From positions 1-64,000 of IMG/VR virus record IMGVR_UViG_3300046170_000148: a stretch of 64,000 nucleotides of DNA; one strand, written 5' to 3'. Source of the DNA: a virus. Made by a program: the position numbers and the translations under genes. Each line of letters begins with the position of its first letter. Positions within the stretch are counted from its first letter, which is position 1. Of this stretch, positions 22,538-32,300 are shown one piece after another. The notes under the pieces are model-generated. The model was given only the letters and a program-made list of their open reading frames with translations, was not told where the DNA came from and did not search any database.

Positions 22538-24496
22538 TTAGGCACACCTCAGATAGAGAGTATATACCTCAATTATGTCCGTGTCAGAACCAATCACATC
22601 CGCGCCTACAAAATTACCAGTAAAGTTACCAGTCACAAAGTCCCTACCATAGTTGCCTGTATAGTTACCAGCGAAATTGCGAGAATAGTTACCCTCAAAG
22701 TTACCAATAAACGTTCTTAAATAGTTGCCAGCATATTCACCAGCGAAGTCTCTACTGTAGTTGCCTGTGTAGTTCCCTGCGAAGTCTCTTGAATAGTTGC
22801 CTGTATAGTTACCAGCAAAGTTTCTGGAATAGTTGCCTGTGTAGTTGCCTGTATAGTTACCAGCGAAGTCTCTACTGTAGTTGCCTGTGAAGTTGCCTGT
22901 GTAGTCACCAGCAAAGTTACGAGAGAAATTGCCAGCAAAATCGCCAGCAAAGTTGCGAGAGTAATTACCAGTAAAACTAGGAGTCGTTGTAGATGTTCTA
23001 GTAGAGTTTGCAGTAGAGTTTCTCGTCGAATTTCGGGTATATGCGGTAACATCGTTTCTAGTAGAAGTTCTCGTTGAAGTTCTTGTAAATGGAGTGCCGA
23101 CATAATATGTCGCGACACCGTAAATAATGTTTCCGTTTGAGAATCGAGCATAACCCCTAGTAAAGTTACCAGCAAAGTTACCAGCAAAGTTACCAACAAA
23201 CGTTCTACTATAATTACCAGTAAAGTCACCAGTAAAGTCACCAGTAAAGTCACCCGTAAAATTATCAGTTCTCGTAGAAGTTCTTGTATATGAGGAAGCT
23301 CTAGTTCTTGTTGAAGTTCTTGTATATGAGGAAGCTCTAGTTCTCGTAGAATTTCTTGTATAATCAGCTGAAAATGCGGAAGTTCTAGTTCTTGTTGAAG
23401 TTCTTGTATAATCAGCTGAATATGCAGAAGTTCTAGTTCTCGTATAATCAGCGGAAAACGAAGAAGTTCTAGTTCTCGTATAATCAGCTGAAAATGCGGA
23501 AGTTCTAGTTCTCGTATAATTGCCTACATACGTCAGGCTTCTATATCCAATGACATCAAATGTATAATTAGAAGTTCTCGTCCTTGTGTAGTCAGCGGAA
23601 TACAAAGAAGTTCTAGTTGTTTGTGATGTTCTAGTCGAGGCTTGAGGAGCAACCGCCCGTCTTGTATCGGTTGCAGTTCCCATTGCTTTCCAAGTTCCCG
23701 TATCAGTCGGTGCGCCTTGAGTCGCACTACGCAACTGATATGCGCCAATACCATTTGTTGTTGCCATCACATTGGACATGACTGCACGACCAAATGTCTC
23801 CCCGATATCAGAGTCATTCATCTCTTGAATGCCTTGAAATGTGCCTGTCAAACCAGAGGCACGTTTCAATGATACTGGACGTGATTGTGTAGGAATAGAT
23901 GCACTATCACCCGATGTCACATAGTTCTTCACATAGAATTTATACGGTGTTTGTGATGACCCAATCGTATCCGCAAAAGCAATTCCATATAGTGTTGTTT
24001 CTGTCTGTGTATACTCTGCGCTCGGTGTAGAACCGCTGAGACCAAGTTTCATAACACCAGCCCATTGATTGTCGGAGTCGAATAGATATTCTTTTAATCT
24101 ACCCGCAATGGTGTCAACTTCGGACGAATCCATTTCAGTTAGTTGGTTAGGTGTTCCCGAAACAAATTCAACAGGATAACGTCTATCAGTTGATAAAACA
24201 GTCTTACCAGTTTTCTGATAGATGGGTGTATTAGTTGTTGTGGGAGAACCAGGCGCTGAACCAGTAGAACCTGTGTAAAAAGTATCAGTGTATGTTCCAA
24301 TAGTATTTGCATTACCAGATGCATCACTGACCGCATATGGAGCTAAACTCAGGTTTGAACCATAATCACCACGGAGGTAGTCTGCAATACGAAGTCCTGC
24401 TTGATATGCAACCCATTCCTCATCAGCAGAATCCATCTGATGAAGATTACCGTCAATCGCACTCGCACTGTCCAGTCTTAATATAGTTGTTCCCAT
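22538..24496 (-). CDS. tetrapeptide-repeat fibre A (mirror-hairpin protein)
   Basis: N-terminal base domain, then TRTS/DYTR units and NFAG/NYSR units symmetric around a short tip, C-terminal YTLYLR. Confidence 0.8.
   Translation of the reverse strand: MGTTILRLDSASAIDGNLHQMDSADEEWVAYQAGLRIADYLRGDYGSNLSLAPYAVSDASGNANTIGTYTDTFYTGSTGSAPGSPTTTNTPIYQKTGKTVLSTDRRYPVEFVSGTPNQLTEMDSSEVDTIAGRLKEYLFDSDNQWAGVMKLGLSGSTPSAEYTQTETTLYGIAFADTIGSSQTPYKFYVKNYVTSGDSASIPTQSRPVSLKRASGLTGTFQGIQEMNDSDIGETFGRAVMSNVMATTNGIGAYQLRSATQGAPTDTGTWKAMGTATDTRRAVAPQASTRTSQTTRTSLYSADYTRTRTSNYTFDVIGYRSLTYVGNYTRTRTSAFSADYTRTRTSSFSADYTRTRTSAYSADYTRTSTRTRTSAFSADYTRNSTRTRASSYTRTSTRTRASSYTRTSTRTDNFTGDFTGDFTGDFTGNYSRTFVGNFAGNFAGNFTRGYARFSNGNIIYGVATYYVGTPFTRTSTRTSTRNDVTAYTRNSTRNSTANSTRTSTTTPSFTGNYSRNFAGDFAGNFSRNFAGDYTGNFTGNYSRDFAGNYTGNYTGNYSRNFAGNYTGNYSRDFAGNYTGNYSRDFAGEYAGNYLRTFIGNFEGNYSRNFAGNYTGNYGRDFVTGNFTGNFVGADVIGSDTDIIEVYTLYLRCA
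22604..23641 (-). repeat. 12-nt-period coding repeats of fibre A
   Basis: e.g. aagttaccagca and agttctagttct tracts encoding NFAG and RTRTS. Confidence 0.9.
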
Positions 24497-24504
24497 AACG
24501 GTAT

Positions 24505-27500
24505 TTATCCAACTTTTACATAGAGTGTATAAGTCTGAATTGTCGTGTTGGTTGTCCCGATTGCCTCACCAGTATAGTCACCTGTAAAGTTTCTGGAATA
24601 GTTACCAATGAAATTACGAGAGAAGTTACCAGTATAGTCACCCGTATAGTTACCAGTAAAGGTGCGAGAGAAGTTTTCACCAGCTAAATATTCTGATGTT
24701 CTTGTTCTACCGTAGTCAGCAGAAAAGTTACTACTTCGAGTTGCCAAAGACGTTAATACCGATGACCTTGTTGAAGTTCTAATATAAGCTCCATCGAAGT
24801 TGGCTGAACCATAGTTACCAGCATAATTCCCCGTATAAGTTCCAGCTTTTACTATCCGATAATATTTTTTACCAGACACATCGGTTGTGATTAACGAACC
24901 TCTCATAAATGTGTTATAGTTGTAAGTTGGTTGATTCTCTTGTAAGGTGTTATAGGCAATGCCCGCCGAGTAGAGTGTTGTTATGCTATTATAGTTGCTG
25001 GTGTTATATCCCAGAAACTGGCCATCCCACACAACTTGAATTTTATCGTAAAAGGCATTCGGGTCAACCGCCCAATAGAATTGGCCAGGCGGGCCCTAAC
25101 GGGTTGTTTCCATAGGCACTACCCGAACTTATAGTCGAATTCCTCAGGTAGTTGCCGATATAACCGCCTGTATAAGTGCCTATATAGTCACCTGTAAAGT
25201 TACCAGTATAGTTACCCGTATAGTTACCCTCAAAGTTTCTACTATAATCACCTGTATAGTTACCAGTAAAGTCTCTACTGAAAGACGCTGGGCGAGTTCT
25301 GCTGAAATTTCTTGAATAGTTTCCTACAAAATTTCTACTGAAACTGCGTGTATAGTCACCAATATACTGGTAAATTACATCCTGTAATGAAGTTCTTGTG
25401 GAGGTTCTAGTTGAATCTCCAGTAGAAGTAGTAGTGGAGGTTCTGGTTGAATCTCTGGTAAATGAAGAAGTTCTAGTTCTCGTTGATGTTGTGGTATAGT
25501 TACCTGTGTAACTGGCGGTCTGTGTGCCAGCCAATTTAACTCTGTAGTAAATGTAAGCAGGCCCTGTCGCTGAATTTAGGTTACTTAACTTGAATGAATC
25601 GCCCGAAGAGAAAGAAAACTCTTGACCAGTAGACGAATAAAATGTTCCACTCGAAGATGTGCCATGACTTATCGATTCTGGGTCGCCTTGTCCGCCACTA
25701 GAGACCGACATCTGAACTCCATCGACCCATATTTCAAAGTTTACATATGATGGGCCACTCATTCCACCATATACTTGCGCCCCTAGCGATAGCGGTTTCT
25801 GCTTCGGTTTTGTAATTCCAAATACTGTCATCACTCGCAAAACCCTGTGATGGAATGGCGGATACTGGGTCGGTTTCGGATACAGTTGATGTTCTCAAAA
25901 AGTCACCAACAAAGTTACCTGCGAAGTTCCGAGCAAAGTTGCCCTCAAAGTTACCTGTGAAGTTCTGAACAAAATTACCCTCAAAGTTACCAGCGTAATT
26001 ACCCAAGAACGAGCGAGTAAAAGTTGAGAAGCGGTTTCTGGTATAATTTGAAATATATTCAGAACTTCGTGTCCTATCAAACTCACCAGTATAATTACCA
26101 ATAAAACCAACAGAATAGTTACTAGTTCGAGTTCTATCATATGTTTCAGAGAAGACCGTAGTATATTCCGATGTTCTTAGGTTTGTGTATGTTGATACAC
26201 GGGTTCTTGTATAGTTTGTGTCAACAATTGATTTTCTTGTATCTGTTGCAGTTCCTTTAGTAATCCAGTTACCCGTATAACCCTGAGTGGTTGGATTACC
26301 TTCAGTGGCAGAAAAAATCTTAATTGAACCAATCGCATCAGAATCAGATGAAATATGGTTGCGAGCTCGCGTCCCAATCGTTTCGTCTAATTTATCAGAG
26401 TCAGCAATTTGAAAACCCTGAAAGTCATTCTTAAATATAAGACTAATTTCGTCTGCGGAGTCAGCGCCGATAGGTTGATATGAACCTCCACTTTTATGAA
26501 ACGGGCCAAACTCACCACCAATTCTACCATTCCAAACAGAAACTGCACTTAACCCTTGAAGGATTTCCCTTGTTGCACTATCTGGTATCGGTTGTTCTGC
26601 GGCAGTAGTCGAAGAAGTAGCTCGGGAACGAAGAAAGTTTACGCCTGGTCGAAGGAATACTTCAGTCGCAAGGTTAGTGCTTTCGATTGTATCTTCTGTA
26701 GGAAATAACTTAGTTGTATTGCCAGAACTAGGAAAACTGGTTGTCCCCATGGCATAAACTTGAAATTCTGTATCACTATCAAAATTAAATTGTATAGTCC
26801 ACTTACCATCACTCTCAACATGTTTTTGCATTAATGCATTTGTAGCAGCGTGAGTCGCACGAGAAGAACCAAATCTTGCAGAGTCCGCTAGGTCTATACG
26901 ACCTTTGATGCCGACCCACTTTTGTGGTAGTGAACCAATTCTATCACCAAGTGTATCACCTACACTATCTTTATGAACATGAAAAGTAGAACTAGTTGAA
27001 AGTTTACTATTGTTATATTCCGCGCCAGTCGCATCGACGCCATGAACTCGTGGAGCGGTTAAGTATGACGTTTTTTGTTTTCCCTTTATTGAGAAACGAG
27101 TATAACCTTCACCATTGATAGTTGTATCGCTAAATGTGTTCTTATATCTACCCCATATTGTATCATTCCATTCAGCGCTCAAACCAATGTCAAGATACGA
27201 TGACCCAGCAACCCAACCCGAATCAGTTTGTAAATTTGTAAGAGAAAAACCGACTCTGTTAGTTGTAGATTTTGGATATATTGTGCTTGGTGTAGGGGGA
27301 AATCTTCTACCACTAGTTTTTGGTAAATCACTGTCTCGACCCACAAATTGAAGTTCCCCATCAATTCTTACTTCTGCGCTATCAGGGTTATATTTCATAG
27401 TGAATGGTTTTGCACTGTCAGAAGGAACACCAATACCAGTCATATCAATCTTTTGAAAGATACTATATGATATATCACTATCCGTGGCAGAGTCCGTTGT

Positions 27501-28037
27501 TCTTGTATCTGAGAAGAAATTTGGTAGGATGTTTGACCATCCACCATTCGCAGAATCAAAGTCTGTTACTTCTGACGCAAGACGAACAGAACCCGCATAG
27601 TCGTATTTGTAGATGCGAGAAACAATTTCGTTGTTTACAACGTTCCAATCACTGTCAGAGAAAGCTACAAGTTTCTGTTGTGATGCACTATCAGTTTGAT
27701 AAAAAAGATTCGCATAGTTTGAATCATTGTATGTTTCTAATGAACCCTCACCATCTGTTCCGACATTTCGGTAGATATTACTACTAATTGAAGTGACAGA
27801 TAGAAGTGACGTGTCACCACCAGTTCCTGTTGCGGAATCGTATACTGTATTGGTCAGAGTTCCTACATCAAAGACGTTCCGTCCTCCAGCGTGGAATCTT
27901 GTAAGAGCAACTATATCAGAACTATCAGATTGTCTGAGTTGTAGTCCAGCTCGGTATGCTAAGAAATCGTAATCATCACTATCGAAGCTTTGAAGTCCAG
28001 CACTATCCTTTAGTTTTAGTGGAACGCTAACGCCCAT
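24505..28037 (-). CDS. tetrapeptide-repeat fibre B (branched paralogue of fibre A), about 1176 aa after removing extra bases near 25780-25783 and 25091-25096
   Basis: 769-, 258- and 175-aa ORFs join; shares AY.AGL, FQG.Q..DSD, W...GTATDTR and terminal YTLY.[KR] with fibre A. Confidence 0.8.
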
Positions 28038-28048
28038 TTTCACTGTCC

Positions 28049-29162
28049 TTAATTTAGTTGTGTGCCAGTTTCATCATAGATTTTTGGTGTATCTGCCCTT
28101 AGTGCGTTAAGTGCGTTTACAACTGTAATTCTTTCATTACCAACAAATCCATCAGAATCCAACAATCTTAGACTACCGATTGTATTGCTATTTAGACTTG
28201 AACTTGAGTCCAATAAAGCAAGGTCTTGTGATAATGAGTTGATTGCAGTTGTAAGGTTTGTTTTATCATCAATATCTGCATCAAATGAAAGGCTACCCAG
28301 TGCGCTATCTAATTTTTCGAATGACCCAAAGATATTATCTGCGACTAGGTGATTGTTGTTGCCGTTAGAATCAATTGCGATGTCTGCGAACAATTCGTTA
28401 ACTGCACCCGCGATAGTCTGTGCAGTGGTGTTGAGTGATGCGCTACCGATTTCAGCGTCAAGTTCATTAATACCGCCAACGACTGTCTGTGCGGTAGTTG
28501 TGAGTGATGCACTACCAATCTCTGCATCAAGTTCGTTTACTGCATCGGATAATGTGGTTGCAGTAGTCGTTAATGCTTGAGCAGGTTCAACCTTTGTGTT
28601 GAGTGTATCAATCTCTGCTTTCCAGTTCTGCAATCGCACCACTTACCGTAGAGGCAGTAGTTCCCATTGCACCCGCAGTGATTGTTCCCAGTTCTGCGTC
28701 CAGTTCGTTGATTGCTTCCTTTACCTCACCCGCAGATGTGGTAAGTGCAGCATCACCGATTGAATCGTGAAGTTCGTTGATTGCTTCCTTGACTTCTTTA
28801 TTGAGTGTCGTAAGTGTTGCGTCACCCAAAGAGTCATGGAGTTCGTTAATCGCACCCGTAAGAGTTTTTGCAAGGGTAGTGAGTGTTGTGTGCGGTCTTG
28901 CACCAATATCACTGTCGAGTTCTACTATAGCAGCCGTTAAGTCAGTCGCAGTCAGACCACCCGATGCTAGGTCAGTAGCAACGAGGTTATTAGAAGTTCC
29001 TCTAACAGCAACTTCTAATTCGTTGATTGCAGCGACAGCGCTTGAATCTTCATTTGTGTTCAATCGTCCTGTCGCACCCAAATCTAAAGAGATGGTATTG
29101 ACACCATCTACCAATTGACTAAAGGTATCTGTAATCAGTGTTTGGGTCGGTTTATTTGTCAT
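28049..29162 (-). CDS. coiled-coil repeat structural protein (fibritin/whisker-like), extra base at 28619-28621
   Basis: Repeats L.T.A.T..GAINEL..EIG; two ORFs join as AIAELEAEIDTLN. Confidence 0.75.
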
Positions 29163-29371
29163 TACAGTTTCTCTACTAATTTAGTGAGGAGTTCTTTTAT
29201 TTCACCAACTTCATTCTTTAATTCTTGGAACTCCACATCCTTTTGTTTTCTTTTTTTCTTTGCTTCGCGGGCTTTGGATATCTCTTCCTTATTTATATTA
29301 ACGATTCCCCCTGTTTCTGGGTCTCTTGCGAGACTGGAGTTGCCGTCAACTATAATATATTCTTTCTTCAT
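29162..29371 (-). CDS. small conserved hypothetical protein
   Basis: LARDPETGGIVNIN plus coiled coil; translationally coupled on both sides. Confidence 0.75.
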   Translation of the reverse strand: MKKEYIIVDGNSSLARDPETGGIVNINKEEISKAREAKKKRKQKDVEFQELKNEVGEIKELLTKLVEKL

Positions 29372-32300
29372 TATACTGCCAGTGCGATGCCTCTCAAGTC
29401 TTTTACTACAGGTGGTTTAGATTGATTGCTTGTCGTAAATACAAGTTTCAATTGATATTGGGTGAATGAGTTTACATCACCACCGTCACCACCAATCAGA
29501 TAACGATACTCACGGAAGTTATTTTCGTCTGGAGCAATCGTTGTTTCTGATGACTGAAGTGTCCAGTCCACATCAAAGATACTGTCACCATCGTTTGCGA
29601 CTCTGTAATACAATTCAAGTTCTGCACCACTTGGTCTAATAGCAGAAAGAATAACTTTCAGACCGACAGCATCTTCCTCAAGAGTCTGAACTGAAGTGTG
29701 GTGTTTCGATAGTGAAGAACCACCAACAGCATCTGTCTCAGGAGCATATGACAACGGAACATTGAATCCAGTCGCAGAACTAGAGGCTTGTCTGTCAATA
29801 AGATTTGTGGTAGTTGTCAATGATGTTCTCTGTGCATCAATCATTGGTGACACATCTGAACGAGACGTTCCCAAGTCTACCTTGAAGGTAACTGAACGTT
29901 CTCCATTGAGTTGAGTCACGCCTGATTCGTTTGCAGCCTTGGCAATCAATCGAGGTCTTGGGAATAGATTTTCGTCACCAATCTGAATATCACCTGAGTA
30001 ATTTGGGTCTTTCTGATAACGAGTTTCTGACCCTGCCAGAGAACTACCTGTAGTGAACTTAACACCATATGAGAGGGTTGTATCATCTGGAAGAATAGTT
30101 GAGAAGTTCGGAATCGCAACATCGAAGTTGAGTTGTTGGTCTACAACAATTTCGCTACCGCCGAAACGACCGGCAGATGTTGATACACTGTCGGCTTCAA
30201 ACCTCAGACCAAACCCATCTACCGCAGCTACGGGTTTTTCACCCATAATAGATGAACCAAGAATACCGTTATATCTCGTTGCGGAGTCCAGTCCAGTAAT
30301 ATTAATTGTATCAGTATCACTGTAACCGTGATTCGGGAACAACATAGTAACTGTCGCATCTCCACTGTCCGTGAAGAAAGGATTGTCTTCAAGAATTTCA
30401 TCAGGAACATCTGCGTTTTCAAATACCGCATACCCACCAGCAGTATTGAAGTCTGCTTGATAGATTTTGAATGCAAGGTCTTTTGTTTGGTCAGGTGTCC
30501 AAGTTGAACCGTTTTGTGATTTGAACAATGAACCCAGTGAAGGTTGACGGTTCACACGTTTCTCAGTTGAACCCAACTCAAACGCATAGGTCTCTGCGAC
30601 ATATGCTTCATAGTCTTTCGACTCTGCCAGTAGAACGATTGCATATTCTGTATTCGGATTGAGGAATACTGGTTCGTCAAACTCAAAGGTTGTAGGTGCA
30701 GCAATGGCGGCCGCTTGTGTCTGTGACCCAGCAAGACTCACTTCCGATGGAGTCAAGAACTTGATTGCATTCGAGATGATGTCGGTTGCGGATGGTTGAC
30801 CATTTACAACAGGACGAATCTGCATCTCAACAGGTATCTTCGAATCTTTTGCTTTGAAGAACACATCGACTTTGGTTACGAACATACCCGATGGTTTGGT
30901 CACACGGAAGGTCTGTGCGAGTGGGTCACGTCTGGTAACCTCTGTCCAACGCCTTCTACGAACCTGAGTGATACGAGTAGATGTAATTGTTTGTTGTCTT
31001 GTGTCCAAAGTTCCTTGTGATATGTAGTTTGCAGCTGCTCTAGACAGTGCATTGGCATCATTGTTTACACTAACATCTAAGAGTTTAAACTCTCTTGTGC
31101 CACCACGGAATCTGAAATCAGTTTTAGATGGTAAGAAGAACGAACCTTCAATCACACCATCACTGTTAGATTCTAAATCGGTTGAACCTTGTGGGTGTGC
31201 AGAACTATTACGATATCTGTTACCATAAGATAGACTACTACCTGAAGCATATCTAGAGAATGTTTCCTCTCGACAATATGCACTCACATCTCTTCCATCA
31301 AAGAATGGGAAGTAACGAGTGTTTGGACGCATACCTTCTGCACGGAACATAATCTTACGAGACCGCATGAATGGCAGGAATGTCAGAGAGACAGTTCTGT
31401 CACCTGTTACCTTACGAACAGTTCTTGTTCCAACAACAACTCTTTGTTCAAAAGTTGTTTGTTGCCATCTTCGACTTAAACGTCTCGTTCCTGTTCTACG
31501 AACACCATTACTATTCCATGTAGAAACGCCTGACCAACCACCAAATAGGTTAAATCCTCTAAAGATGCCAAAACCAAAGATAGGGGCGCGCCAGAACGGA
31601 GTCCATCTCCATTGATTGAAACCACGTCTTCTTGCCGTGCCTGCTCTCAGTCTACCCTGATTTATAGTTCCGAGGTCTTCCTCAGCTGTTCTGTTAATAA
31701 CATTTGCAGGAATATATTTGGTCTGAACCCACTCATCAGAAGCAGGAGAAAGTGTAACACTACCCTCACCAGTAATAACTGCGAATGGGTTTACGTTTTC
31801 GAAACCAGAGATTGTTGTCTGAGAAATCGCAACACTTTCTGTGTAATTCAGATAAACATTGTCACCCTTCAGAATTGTGTTGTTTGATTTTGAATGGTCA
31901 TAAACAAGAGCGATATTATTGTCATCTGTTTGACAACTCAGAACACCTAATGATGGGTCAATTGCAGCCCGTTGTTCTTCGTTTTCTGTATCTGTGAATG
32001 AACGGTCAGCAAAGTTGTCTACAAAGAAACCTGATTTACTGCGTGGGTTACCCGCAGAGTCGAGAACCAACAATGAAGATGTGTCAACCTCGAGCAGAGA
32101 CAATGAAGTCACCTCTTCTAGTTTATCGACACGTTTCTCTAGATTGTTGATGTCTGCCATCGTAAATCTTTTTGCTTCAAGTGGAGTTGTGTTGACATCT
32201 GAGTCACTCAGACCATATGCATTATGTTCCAACAAGAAGAGACCTAAAGTGTTCTCTGGTGTATCTGGGAACTGGGCATCAAACCCTGCTTCACCAGTAA

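Noticed and set aside
22604-26216. CRISPR array or DNA-level inverted repeat
   Set aside because: Repeats have 12-nt codon-phased period with synonymous variation, no unique spacers, and the arms are not reverse complements; the symmetry is in the protein.
22538-28037. Diversity-generating retroelement TR/VR pair
   Set aside because: No reverse transcriptase in the window and no near-identical pair differing only at adenines was seen.
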